This document shows positions 13,557-27,885 of a DNA stretch of 64,000 nucleotides, piece after piece (position 1 is the stretch's first letter; the number at the start of each line of letters is the position of its first letter). The position numbers were made by a program, and so were the translations under genes. The notes beneath the pieces were generated by a model. That model made no database searches, was not told where the DNA came from, and saw only the letters and a list, made by a program, of their open reading frames with translations. The stretch is from Octopus vulgaris (Eukaryota), in NCBI GenBank assembly GCA_951406725.2, contig OX597824.1, positions 18,414,001 to 18,478,000 of the forward strand, in the 5' to 3' direction.

Positions 13557-13963
13557 ACACTATTTACATATCATGAACTTCCCGTATTTTCGCTTTGTTG
13601 GATTCAATTTCTGTGGATTTTCTACAAACTTGCAATTTGTGAATGCCTACTACACTTACATCATTTTCTCCTTGCTACTCATGTCTATGATGCAAAGCAT
13701 TCGCTTATGCTACTACATCAGACACAGCAAATTTTACTGTATTTTTTCCTTTCTCCCTGCCACACTCATAACACTTGTACGAATTTCTTCTACTTTGAAC
13801 TAACTCGAAACCTTGTACATAGACTGGAACGTTCCTCAGCATGCGCCTAGTTTAGCTTTTCTGTTGTTGCTTGCTTTTTCGTGTATTTGTTCATTTTCCT
13901 TCGCATTTGCTTAGTGTTGTATATCATCTGTTGATATTTAATTTTTCAGGACATTATCTATTC

Positions 13964-14182
13964 CTGTGCTTTTCAAACTTTTTGCTGGAGCGGAACCCCA
14001 AGGAAACATTCCACTGGCTCGAGGAACCCCTGTGCAATAATTTAATAGTCTTATGCACACATATCTGCACAGGAGAATTAAAAATTACTGCCGATTTTAG
14101 CAGTTTTGTAACTTCTTGCGGGACCCCTGGACTGTACTGGCGGAACCCTGAGGTTCCACGGAACCCTGGTTGAAAACCACTG
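13964..14182. mobile_element. hAT/Charlie-like MITE
   Basis: Right end GGTTGAAAACCACTG, degenerate left end, repeated GGAACCC subterminal motifs, ATCTAGAA target-like flank. Confidence 0.7.
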
Positions 14183-15237
14183 ATCTAGAACAATACATAT
14201 TTTTTAGTGAATATTCTATGTATTTGTAAAATGGTCTCAACGTTCGCACAGATGATTGCATGCCTTCACCCTACTATACACATGCACCATATATTATGCT
14301 TTCGGTTGATTTCCGTCATTCACCGCGCCCTTGTAAGACACAACTTAGCTCTATTAGACCCCTGGATGGTCACGTTATAAACAGAAGGTTGCCTGTCTCT
14401 TGCAACGCAAAAAGCATATCACTGTCGATTTATGGCACTCGTGTGCACACTCACTCTACCTCAGTCACGTTCTAATTGGCATTTTCTGCACTCTGCACGC
14501 GCAAAACGACACAGCTATTCGGACTTACTGGAATAAATCCATTTCTCTATGCGTTTCCTTGGATTCTGTTTCCCGAGGGGCACAATTTTCTCTGCATCTG
14601 TATTGCATGTAGACACACATACGTTACAGAATTTTGAATGTTGATTTTTTACATTGGTCCTGAAATATTGCATTTATTCCATTCCGTTTTCATCAGTTTT
14701 TTGACATCGTAAAAACGATGCATATATTTTTGTCATTTACATTATTGTGTACCGTTACCTCTGTGTAACGGTGTACCTGAGGTGTGCGTAGCGGTATCTA
14801 GATAGCTGAATGATCTTCCTTGCAAAAAAGATCAAAGAGTAACCGCCCTTCTCTAAGCTTCTCGATGCATCAATATCATAAGACGTGATTCTTGATTATT
14901 CAAGAAGCTTAGCGTTTCTCTTGGAAGTTTCTAGAATGTCTAGCGTTCCATAAATTCAAACAGATTTCTAAGCCAGCTTTTCGCTCCTTAGTCGATTAGA
15001 CTCAGAGCCATCCACATATTTGCTATGTCCGTCTATTTCTCTACACCCTGTAGAGGATAAGACTGAAAGCCACCACTTAGATGTTGTTCTATCTTTCTTA
15101 TCTCTGAACCTTCTTGCATAGATTACTTCATTCAACTGAGATTCTACAAATTTTGATTCCATCTATCATCATCGAAAGAAGAATAAAAAATATTTTTATG
15201 TAGTAAAAGTATATATCTTGAATTTATTCTCTCATCT

Positions 15238-15619
15238 GAGGCGCAATGGCCCAGTGGTTAGGGCAGCGGACTCGCGGTCATAGGATCGCGGTTTCGATTC
15301 CCAGACCGGGCGTTGTGAGTGTTTATTGAGCGAAAACACCTAGAGTTCCACGAGGCTCCGGCAGGAGATGGTGGTGATCCCTGCTGAACTCTTTCACCAC
15401 AACTTTCTCTCACTCTTACTTCCTGTTTCTGTTGTACCTGTATTTCAAGGGGCCGGCGTTGTCACTCTCTGTGTCACGCTGAATATCCCCGAGAACTACG
15501 TTAAGGGTACACGTGTCTGTGGAGTGCTCAGCCACTTACACGTTAATTTCACGAGCAGGCTGTTCCGTTGATTCGGATCAACCGGAACCCTCATCGTCGT
15601 AACCGACGGAGTGTTTCCA
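15238..15619 (+). mobile_element. SINE family C (tRNA-Arg-like head)
   Basis: Head GAGGCGCAATGGCCCAGTGGTTAGGGCAGCGGACTCGCGG..GGTTTCGATTCCC; near-identical copies at 30533 and 63369. Confidence 0.88.
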
Positions 15620-15786
15620 ATAAACTCTTGTAATAATATACATGCAGCCACATCAACACCTTGTAATGTTTATATATTCTACTACAATATGAAATTTTGA
15701 ATTTAGCTCACGGATCTCCAGTAATCCTTTTGCGGATCATCAGAAGTCAGCGGACACCAGGTTAGGAACCACTGGCCTAGGTGTAT

Positions 15787-15941
15787 AGCAAACGTCGGCT
15801 TTACTTAGAACTGCACGCACACTGTGTAAAGCACTGACAGTCTGAGGTCCATGTTGTGACTTGACAGACAGTAATGTCTCCGGTGGACATATTACCTTCA
15901 ATCAATAACAGCACGACTTTGGATACTGTGCGAAGCCTTAA

Positions 15942-15945
<4 letters not shown>
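15787..15945 (+). mobile_element. R4/Dong-like 3' end running into (AAT)n
   Basis: QTSALLRTARTLCKAL resembles the QKxALLGTAxILRK terminus; a short 3' UTR is followed by (TAA)n. Confidence 0.6.
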
Positions 15946-16330
<385 letters not shown>

Positions 16331-16339
16331 TGGCCAAAT

Positions 16340-17017
<678 letters not shown>

Positions 17018-17040
17018 TATATGTATGTGTATATGTACAT

Positions 17041-17385
17041 TTTATTTTTATTTTATCTAGTTTCAGCTCACGAGCTTTGGCCATGGTGGGGCACCGCCAT
17101 TTGGTGTTGCTACATGATTTTACTTCACGAAAGCTTTTTAGCAACTGCTATTTGGTGCATGAGAGAGTTCGATGCAGCTGCCCTCATCTGCACCTCCTGC
17201 CGTGAAGTTGGTTCATCCGGGACACCTGATAGGAAGAGATCCACTCCTACTTTAAAGACATCCGCATCCACCCCATGCAGGTCCCTCAGGTTATTCGGGA
17301 GGATATTGAAGAGTTGTGGGCCTCTGAAGCCCAGGCTATCACAGTATCTTGTCCTACATCTTGATGGCAAATTTGTGTAACTCTC
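17041..17385 (-). pseudogene. CR1/L2/Jockey-group LINE 3' end
   Basis: SLGFRGPQLFNILPNNLRD....FKVGVDLFLSGVPDEP C-terminal motif, short 3' UTR, (TAAAA)n tail. Confidence 0.75.
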
Positions 17386-17386
17386 G

Positions 17387-17428
<42 letters not shown>

Positions 17429-17519
17429 ATCCAAACAAGAAAGCACAAAAAAACACAACGCGAGGACGTGGAGCAAATATAGTATTATTAAACGCTCAGG
17501 AAAGAAGGAAAGAAGGAGG

Positions 17520-17554
17520 GCTTAACGTTTCGAGCGGAGCTCTTCGTCGGAAAC
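17520..17554 (-). ncRNA. Minimal hammerhead-like motif (U4C) in a Penelope-like tail fragment (about 17423-17600)
   Basis: GUUU CCGACGA A GAGC-ucc-GCUC GAAAC GUU AAGC; the fragment is embedded in (TA)n. Confidence 0.65.
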
Positions 17555-17626
17555 ATAGGAGAAGTAAAGATCCAGAGAAGGGAAGACAGGAAAAAAATGC
17601 ATACATATATACATATATATACGTAA

Positions 17627-17681
<55 letters not shown>

Positions 17682-17684
17682 TGC

Positions 17685-17724
<40 letters not shown>

Positions 17725-17782
17725 GCGTATATATGTAAGTAAATGTATATACATGTGTGTGTGTGTGAGTGTGTGTGCGTAC

Positions 17783-17813
<31 letters not shown>

Positions 17814-18146
17814 CTCACATGCATAGAAAGTGGGAAAATAGAGTTAGCGAGATTATTCTGTGTTCCTTCTGTGCTTGTGTGTGTGTGTGTGCATGTACCA
17901 TTTTAATTCATAGATACTTCTGTGCATTAAACACACTCAAATACCTCAGATTTTCAAATTATTTCTATCAAATTCTCTATTGAGCTGACAGTTAAAAATT
18001 ATTTATGACTCTGGAGAACATCTTTCTCTGATAGAAATTAAATGGCCTGAAGAATAGCAAAAACAATTCTATAAGATGAGAAATGTTTAAAAAAGCCAAA
18101 TGTAAGTTAATAAAATAATGAAGTATATCCACACAACACATATACT

Positions 18147-18212
<66 letters not shown>

Positions 18213-18268
18213 TATATAAATATGTATATAAGTGTATATTTATATATATATACGTATATATATATATG

Positions 18269-18321
<53 letters not shown>

Positions 18322-18406
18322 ATGCACATACATATATATATGTATGCATGTATATGAGTATATATATATAATATATATATATACACATATATATATGTAT
18401 GTATGT

Positions 18407-18458
<52 letters not shown>

Positions 18459-18574
18459 GTATGAGTATGTATGTGTATATTATAAATATATATATATATA
18501 TATATTCTTATATATGTATATCTGTGTGTGCGAGTGTATGTGTGCGTATATTATATATATGTGTGTATGTGTAA

Positions 18575-18612
<38 letters not shown>

Positions 18613-19944
18613 ATGTGTTTGTGTGTGTGTGTAGGCGCGTGCGCGTGTCGAAAGCACACAGAAACACGTGCACTACACATTGATGTAGTATTATTTTATG
18701 AGATGGAAACAAAAATATTAATCAAGCACGGAATATTTTATTTCATTGTACTCACGCATCTTAATACTTAACAATAAGTTGATTTGTTGAGAATATATTT
18801 CAACTGACAAGACAGCGATAAAATAAACCATAGACTTGACTTCAATGTATTCTTCATCCATTTGGCTACATTATACATGGAACATTTAATGAGATTCTGT
18901 AGAATTACCAAGAACGTGTTAAATATCTGTATTGAAAAATCCCAAGAACTGCGTTAGAATATATGTATATATATGTTTATATGTATATATATATATATAT
19001 ATATATCTGGTACTTCATGCAAAATAGGTAATAACTTATTTAAATTTAAAATAACATACAGGCAGAAAATTGAAAAATCAAAATCTCACAATCTCTATGA
19101 AAATTGTAATGGTTTGCTCCAAGATTGGAGATAAAGAGTTTGGGTTGGGTTTTTGCGGGGGTGGGGTTGTATAGTTTTGATATTGTCATGTGCAAATGTT
19201 TGACCTTGCTTTTATATACTATCTAAACTATTTAAAGTTGTCTTGCTGCCTTTGTTACTGGTATTCAACGAAGGATTAACCTATTCTCACAAATGACCAT
19301 ACGGCAGCTTAATCCGAATTTTAATCTTAAAAAGAAGGAAACTGTTGGAAATGTATTTATAGATATAGAAAAAGACTATGCAAGCATATGTAGCAAATAT
19401 TTGGTTATATATCTCCTCAACAAACACTGACCCCAGGATAAATAAGGCCATTAACACATACAATTAAAGTACGGGTGGCTCACAGTCATAAATGGATAAA
19501 CAAATCTTCACTGATGAGATCCAATGAGGCCGATACGTGTGGTGATGTAATTTCGTACTTACAAATAATGAGACTTCAGATATGCCAACAGCGTATGATT
19601 AATTTAATTTAATATATATAGACTCCGTTCGATTGTCTTCCTTCTATCTGTTGCCCATAACTAATCAGAAAAACAATAATGGTGATTACTCCACGTAAGT
19701 TTGATTGCAGTATTTGTTAATCAACATTTATTTCCTGTATCATTACTTCAAGAATTTGATCACCAGGTTTATCATTTGTGCGCATTTATCATCTGGTTTA
19801 TTAATCCTAGTCATAATGATATCCTAATACCCTAGTATTCATTCATGAAAATGTCATATTACATCGTATTATATCATATCCTATCCTGTTTGTGTGTGTG
19901 TTTGTGTGTGTGTCTGTGTGTCTGTGAGTGAGTATGTGTGTGTG

Positions 19945-20283
19945 TAAAAGGGCAAAGACACCCTTTTGTCATGGGATTGCACCTAGAAAGTTCCCCTCCG
20001 AGTCACAAGTCCGGCAAGATTGTTTATGGAAGACCAGCAATCACCCATACGTAAAGGCCTACCCCTCTCCACGCCACCGATGTTATCCAAGAGAAAGGCA
20101 AAGGTCGATACAGCTTGGCACCAGTGACGACGTCGCAACTCATTTCTACAGTTGTGTGAACTGGAGCAACATAAAATAAAGTACCTTGCTCTAGAACACA
20201 ACACAGCCCGTTCCGGGAATCGAACTCACACTCTCATTATTGTGAACCCCGTCGCTCTAACCACTGAGCCATGTGCCTTCACC
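19945..20283 (-). mobile_element. tRNA/CORE-type SINE with another 3' tail
   Basis: Same head and core as family D; tail also seen as a fragment at about 58440-58510. Confidence 0.7.
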
Positions 20284-20501
20284 ATCTATATACATGTGTG
20301 TGCGTGTGTGCACGTGTGTATGTGTGTGTGCATATACCTATGTGTGTGTACCTGTGTGTGTGTACGTGTGTATGTGTGTGAGTGTGTGTCTTTGTGTATG
20401 TATACAAATATAGATATATACACGCCAACCACACATACGTATATATCTATATGTAGAAACATGCATGTATACATATGTATGTATATTTTATGTGTGTGTG
20501 C

Positions 20502-20553
<52 letters not shown>

Positions 20554-22003
20554 GGTTGCATAAATCTTGTTAGATGTGTCTGTAACTGTAAGACTATACA
20601 CCGCTGATGAGGGCTAATAATAGCAAAACATCTCCGGAAACGTCACATTACTATCAACTATAAGTACGTTCTTTCTCACATGCTTACCTACATTTTGTTA
20701 CTAATTACCCTTATATATTTACATTTAATGTTATAGTCTCTCTTGTGCTTGACATTAATTAACTACCGAATTTTTCTGCGCGCCAGGTATGTACTTTTAA
20801 TTAAGGGAAATTTCTTGGGTTACTGTATTAATTATATTGCCACCGACATCACTCCGTACCATATATTTTTCATTTCTCCTATGATTTCACAATTTGCTAT
20901 TTTTATTTAACCTGCTCAATGGCTTTCAAAACAGAGTATAAGATTGTTCATACGTTGGTAACTTTAGTATTAGTATGATACCAGTTGGGTGGTATTGCCA
21001 GCGTTTCGTGCTTCTTATTATTATTTTGGTAACTCCCTTTCGGGTTTAAATATCATTAATTAACGTAAGGAAAATTGTTGGCATCCGGTCCTCAGTAAAG
21101 CAACTAGTGGAACATTTCCTGTGGAATAAACAACCTTACTAACATATGTAGTTAATAATGCATGTCTCTGATCATATTCAAATACTTGTATACTAGTATA
21201 TATATACACACACACACACTCACATATATATATATTAATATATATATATATATTAAAAGGTTCCACGAAATTAAAAATATATACATATACATATGGGAAA
21301 TAATATATTTACGCAATCTACCGGTTTCGCTTGTGCTGATCATGACCAAGAAGTTTGAAGTTTGTGGTTATGCTACAATTTGAGTTCTACCATCAGAAAT
21401 TTTTATTTCATGTAAATAGGAGTAAAGATATCATATAATGTGTGTGTGTATGTGCGTGCGCGTTCGTGTGTATGTGTACGCGTATGCGTGTGTTTGTGTG
21501 TACTTATATATGTATACTTAGTGTTTCCGAGGCGAAATTGTTAGCCGCACGTCCTTGTATATTACGAGTTTTGAATATTTCCGGTTAAATCTGTTTTGAG
21601 AGTTAAATATTTTGATCGGGAATATAGCATACCATCAGTTATATATTACCAAACATAACCCTTCTTTAAACCCATTGAATCAGTCATACGAAGCCCTGAT
21701 AATTCCTTGCTGTTGTAATTTGTGAAAGCTTCATTACGATTTCGGGGACACGGCGAGTTCAAGAAATAGATTTGCAATGAACTTGCCAAAATTTGGTAAA
21801 ATGTTTTAGAATTTTTTTTTTCTTACTTAGCCTAGTGAAAACCCGTATATTGATATACTCTATATCGCAAATTCACAAAACCCTCGCCAACTTTTATTCG
21901 GGTCCTTTGAATATTTCGTGAATTCATGGATCTGGAAAGGAAGTGTTAATTTATGACACAAGACTTGGAGAAGGATTTCGTTTTTTTTTTCTTTTTTGAC
22001 CAG

Positions 22004-22109
22004 TTGTTGCTCATCTCTGTGTCACCGATGTTGTCCAATGGAACCACGGCGTGACATTGGTATCATCACAATCAGTGGCAATAAAATGCAAAGAGCCAGA
22101 GGAGAATAT
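22004..22109 (+). other. Candidate host-gene exon
   Basis: Polypyrimidine tract plus CAG acceptor, TAT/GTAAGA donor, 106 nt of non-repetitive sequence, two open frames. No recognisable protein. Confidence 0.33.
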
Positions 22110-23065
22110 GTAAGAAATCTCGTCCGACGTCCTAAATATTATGCCTATGCGCCTATCTTTACCTACTAAATTTTTCGTTCCTTCCACGTTACTTCTTTGG
22201 GATTTAACACAGAGCACAGGCAACTGAGATACTATTTAGCTGTGTATTTACACAGCAACAAGCCGAATATTTTATTCAGATTCGAATATCATAGCACTGC
22301 ACATAACTAAGCAATGGCGTCAAAATACTAATCATAAAGCTAGCCGTCACATTTGATCCCTCATTCACTTCATGTAAGTCTGCTTGCAGTATTTGTTTAT
22401 CAACAACTATCTCTTGTATCATAACTTCAACAATTATATCACCCTCTCTTTACTCTTTCTCTTTTACTTGTTTCAGTCATTTGACTGCGGCCATGCCGGA
22501 GCACTGCCTTTAGTCGAGCAAATCGACCCCGGGACTTATTCTTTGTAAGCCCAGTACTTATTCTATCGGTCTCTTTTGCCGAACCGCTAAGTAACGGGGA
22601 CGTAAACACACCAGCATCGGTTGTCAAGCAATGCTAGGGGGACAAACACAGACACAAACATATACACACACACTTATATATATATATACATATATACGAC
22701 AGGCTTCTTTCAGTTTCCGTCTACCAAATCCACTCACAAGGCATTGGTCAGCCCGGGGCTATAGCAGAAGACACTTGGCCAAGATGCCACGCAGTGGGAC
22801 TGAACCCGGAACCATGTGGTTGGTTAGCAAGCTACTTTATTTCATATAATTTGCCATTTAGGCATTTACAAAGAGGGGACAAACAAGGACAGACAAATAT
22901 AAAGGGTGAAGTAGCTTAACACAGTTACAATTTTCGAATGAAATTACGGATAAGATTATAAACAATGAATTTTACGAAGGCAATGTTTAAAAATATTAAT
23001 GATCATGTCGAAGGACGGACACCCAGCCATCCGGGTAGAACCTTTACTTTCTGATCCGGTCACAC

Positions 23066-26000
23066 TTACCTGGTGCCAAACATACCCATCTTGTATGCCA
23101 CAGGCTTCCATCTTTTCACAAACATATCTCGTGACAGACACCTCTTCTCCAGCCTGATTTTGCTACTGAGGTGGTAACTAAAAAAGTTAATCAACCCCTG
23201 GCCGGAGACAAAGGTGCCTGTCACTATACCTTTCGTACGCGTCTTCCATACTGTTTCTTTCAGTATGGCTACTACACAGAAAAAACAAGCCTTTCTTTCC
23301 CTGTTAAGGAAAGGGGGCGGCACAATCTCGATGATAGACTCAGCTGATAGCTGTACTCTTCCCATCACTGACAACAGTTGTTCTACAAAAGCTATCAGTC
23401 CCGATAACTCCGGACACTCCACGAATGCGTGCAAGACGGTCTCCCTATCCTGCTCACATCGCGGGCATGTCGGCGAGACGGCACTACCGTGCCTTGACAG
23501 CTTGTCGCGAACAGGTAAAGCCGCACGGAAACACTGCCAGGCTAGGGAATTCTGGTAATTATCCAGATACCCCGGCCCGAACGTCCTCCGGAACAGGTTG
23601 ATCAACTGATTTTCATCGTAGCCCAGGGTCTCCCCCAAGGCGTCTTCGGACTTAATCTCCACTAACCCGCTATAGAAATCCGTGGTGGAACTCCTGTTGC
23701 CGGCGTTGCCCACCCGAGATAGTAGCTGGAGCGCCTGACGGCACTCCAAATGCCATTCACTCAGTTTAGGTCTCCGCTTGATCCATGCACCGATGTCCGT
23801 TAGGGATGTTAACTGGGGAAGGTAGAACCGGACGTGCGGCGACCACACCTGCTCTCCATCCAGGTAAAGCCAGAGGTGCCTCAACCTTAACGCGAGTTTT
23901 CGCATCCTCAGCCAAGGCATCCCTAGCCCACCCTTTAGCGGTTTCTGGCAGCAGACAGAGCGCTTTACAAGTGGCTTTCCTCCTTTCCACAAAAATCGGA
24001 AAAGGATTCTCTCCAACTTGTTCAGCCACAAATCGGGGCAAGGCACCACGGTCAGACGGTAGGTGATTACTGATGCTATAAACATCTGCACCACCTCCGC
24101 CTTCCCTAGCAGGGATAACGCCCGCCCAGACCAGGTCTGGGTTAGAGCGGTCACCTTGTTGGCCACCTCACTCCAATTTTTCTCAATCTGGAGGTCTGGC
24201 CCGAACCAGACTCCGAGCAGCTTAACAGGACCTTCCGTCCAACGCCCTACGACGTTATTGGACGGCATCGGCTTGCCCCTCCAGGTGCCGAGTTGCAAAC
24301 CGACCTACTTGTCCTTGTTAACCTTTGCTCCTGCCACCGCCTCGTAGCTTTTTATGGCCTCTTCCACCACTGGAAGCTGGCCTTCGTCTGCCACGATGAT
24401 GGAGGTGTCATCCGCATACGCCGTAGCTCCTCTTCCACACCATAGATCATGCGGCGCGCCCCCTAGTGCCTCCAACTTCCGCAGCAAAGGCTCAAGAGCC
24501 AATACGTATAGGAGCGAGGACAGGGGACACCCTTGACGAACTGAACGCTCGATCCTGAACGGCTTCGAAAAGGAACCGTTCACCTTGACTACAGACTCGA
24601 TGTCGCTATACAAAGCAGCGATCCAACCTCGAAAGGTCGGGCCTAGGCCAGCCTCTCCGAGGACCGCCGCCAGGTACCGATGGTCGACCCTATCAAATGC
24701 TTTGGACTGGTCTAAATGTACCAGCGCTCCCCCTGCGCCAGAAAGCTTCCCCACCCTCTCTAAGGAGTAGCGTATAAGGTGGAGATTGTCGTGGATCGTT
24801 CTGCCGGGGATAGCGCACGTTTGCGCTTCCCCGACAAGTTTGTCCACGACCCGCGCCAACCTTTTTGCTAGCACCTTGGCCAGAATCTTTAACTCTGTGT
24901 TTAACAGAGTTATGGGCCTGAAGTTCCCTATCTCGTCCCCCTTGTTCGGGTCCTTCCTGATCAAGGTCACCGCCCCCCGGCTCGCAGACTTGGGAATTCT
25001 CCCATTCTGCTGCCAGTTGGCGTAGACGCTAGCCAGCAGGTGCCCGAACAAGTTTGGCATACTTCTATAAAATTCATAGGGCAGACCATCGAGACCCGGC
25101 GACTTCTCCCCGGGGCACTTGCCCAACACCTCGATTACTTCCTCGGCTGTGATTGGCCCTTCACAGCACTCAGCCTCTCGTGTCGAGAGGCGCGGGCCAC
25201 CAGACAGGAAGTCCCTAAGGGCCTCACCATGATCCAGCGTCCCGCACCTCCCGAACAACTCGGCGAAGTGCTTGTGGAGTGCCTCACACATCTCGTCCCG
25301 CTTCTTGATCGTGCATCCGTTTTCATCAACAAGAGACCCAATTGTGGCATCGTTTCCACGCTGTGTTTCTATCGTACGGGCCCATCCGGCAACATTAATT
25401 CCCTCACGGCCCAATGCTCGTACTTTAGCCCGGACTCTACATCCCTCATGTTTGGTTTTGAGGTGACGGTCTAATGCCGTTCTCGCCGCTAAAATGTGAG
25501 ATGCAGAGCCCAACCTCAACGCCTCCTCTAAGTTCTTAACTAGTTGCCCTTCAATTCTAGCCCTATCTAGTCTTAGTTGTTTACTAAATCTAATGGACTC
25601 GAATCGAATGGCTCTTTTGAGGGTGAACCACCACCGGTTATTAACCACGGCTCCGGTTAACGCCCTCTGCACTAACACCTTAATCCGGCTACGGTATGCC
25701 TCGCGTGTCAAAATAGACTTGTTCAGCTTCCAGTAGCCGGTTCCTATCTTAAGTGTGCTATCTATGTCCAGTCTACACGTGACCATTCTATGGTCAGTAT
25801 AGGGCACCTGGACGAGCTGTGGACAACTAAAACTAGACTTATCTCTAGTTCTTATCACTATCCTGTCTAGATAAGACTTGAACCTTCCGTCGCCACTCAT
25901 CCAGGTCCACTCTGGGACGTTCGGATGGTCAAGTCTGTAACGATCTGCTAGCTGAAACCGCTTAAGCAGATCCACGAGACGTGAGTTCACTTTCCTATAG

Positions 26001-26467
26001 ATCGAGCCAACGCTATCGATGTGTACGTCAACGATAGCATTAAAGTCCCCTAATATCACTAAAGTCTTCGACGTCACGAGAAAGCCCTCTAGGCGCCGAT
26101 AAAAATCAGTTTGGAAACCTCTAGCACAAGGTGCATAGAGTCCGATTAACCTGAAGGCCTTACTGCTGTATGTCCCATCAAGGACGACCAGCCCACCTTC
26201 TGGGTCTACATAGACTGTACTTGTCTGTAGAGCCAAGTCTTTACGGATCAGTACCACTACGCCCCCTCGCCCTCCGGTCTGGCCAGGAGACATGATTTTC
26301 TCGTAGCCATTCAGGAGAGGCGAGAAGGTTTGTAGGCTGTCCAGCTTGGTCTCTGTAGCAACCATCACATGTATATCATGTGATCTGAGGTCGTCGAGGA
26401 AACAAGCCTGCTTCCACTTCGAACTCAGACCACGCACATTTAAACAACCAAGGTTAAGCGAAGCCAT
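23066..26467 (-). pseudogene. Tx1-like ORF2 (endonuclease-reverse transcriptase), one in-frame stop
   Basis: Motifs LNVRGL, ETK, GDFNA, YLDRI, TDH (APE); SPGLDG, FRPITLLN, DQSKAFDRV, VRQGCPLS, YADD (RT); CPRC-x7-H-x4-C. The two track ORFs (24305-26467 and 23066-24298) are in the same frame, separated only by TAG at 24305-24307 (NKDK*VGLQLGTW). Confidence 0.93.
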
Positions 26468-26483
26468 TACAAAAGTAAAGGTT

Positions 26484-27885
26484 CTACTTACATTTCGTTG
26501 GAGAGGTGGGGGCCGACCTCACCACACGTTTGTGGGCCCCTTCTTTCTCCTCTTTCTTCAGATAGTCCGGCAAGTTCGCGATATGCCGGATGGCGTTTGG
26601 GTGTCTGTCTTTTAATTGTTTGAACGTTGTTTCCGCAATCCACGCGTGTCTATTTCGATCTTTGTATTTGTTGTACAGTCTTGCTGACTGATGCTGAACC
26701 ACAATATCGTTTATGTATTTGTCTTGTGTGTCGAATTCAATTAATATGAGTTCATTTTCTTTTTTGTCTTCTTTTTCTGGGCCAGTTGAGCGGGATTTTT
26801 TTTTCCGTGTCTGTGGTGTGTCTTTGTTTTTATTATTTTTTGTAGGGGATGTGGACGGGGATGCTGCACGAATTCTTTTACGAACTGGTGTAAATCCCCC
26901 TCTGATACCTCCATGGTATCGTCTGTGGTAGCAATAGTTTGTTCGGTAGGCGCCGCGGTTTTTAGGGGGTGGGAGGTTTTAATAGTGTAGGGGTTTGTGA
27001 GTGCGAGGGCTGGGTTTTTTCTTCAGTCTGTTTTGGGGTTGGCACCGTAACAGCAGGAGTGGGATTTTTTGTTTTTGTAGGGGTAGGTGTGTTTGCAAGG
27101 GTAGGGACTTTTTTATTATCTGAGGGGCCTGGTGTCTGCGGTTTCTTTTGCTTGTCTGGACAGTCTACACGAATGTGGCCCTTTTTGTTGCAGGCGTAAC
27201 AGGTGGGTTTTCGGCCTTCGACCTGTACCCTGAGGGCTACGTTCTCGCCCACGAGCACCCTCTCAGGAAGGAGCTGCAGGTCCTCCGCTGTTCCTTGAAT
27301 TAATATATTAATGTTACGCCCGAGCCAAAATCGAGGGGTAGAGCATGTTACTTCTAGTATTTTTATTTTGTCCGCCCTTTTATATAACAGGGCGGCCACT
27401 ACCTCTACCGGATCTACGTCCGGCGGGGCTTCTACAATCCTGACCCGGGACGACCTGCGTCCCCTATAGCTTGGAAAAAGTACCACCTCCTTGGTTTTTA
27501 GGGGGTTCACAGAATGCCCGCGGGCCATTTCTTCCCCCGAGAAGCGGACATCCACAGTGCCATATGCCCGTCCCCTGGCGACGTACACGATGTCCTTCCA
27601 AATCGGGGACAGGCATTTCTCGATGGTGCTTTTTTCAAAGTGTTTGAACCTTCTGCTTTGTGGACAGAAAGTTTTAAACACTACGGTCCGCTTCTCGGTC
27701 TCCACGATACTGGCGGAGGGTGATATTTTAACATCACCACCCTCCTCTTGCATTCTTTTAAATAGCTCGACGAGCTGGTTGACATCGATGTCAATCTTCT
27801 CGGTAGCCACTGCGGCTACCTCAGAAAATTTTTTAACATTGCTCTCCTCAAGAGCACTACTTTCGTGAATAATTTCAACAGACAT
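26484..27885 (-). pseudogene. Tx1-like ORF1 (gag-like, CCHC zinc knuckle), two homopolymer frameshifts
   Basis: CYACNKKGHIRVDC knuckle in the 26962-27909 ORF; first ATG at 27885. Adding one base to each of two 5-nt homopolymers (near 26965 and 26897) joins it to the 26484-26702 ORF, which stops 16 nt before the ORF2 ATG. Confidence 0.82.

Noticed and set aside
20600-20650. CTGATGA...GAAACGTC hammerhead
   Set aside because: Core words are present, but stem I and the base of stem II do not pair.
23214-27868. Plus-strand ORFs within the LINE
   Set aside because: Antisense shadows of a GC-richer coding region.
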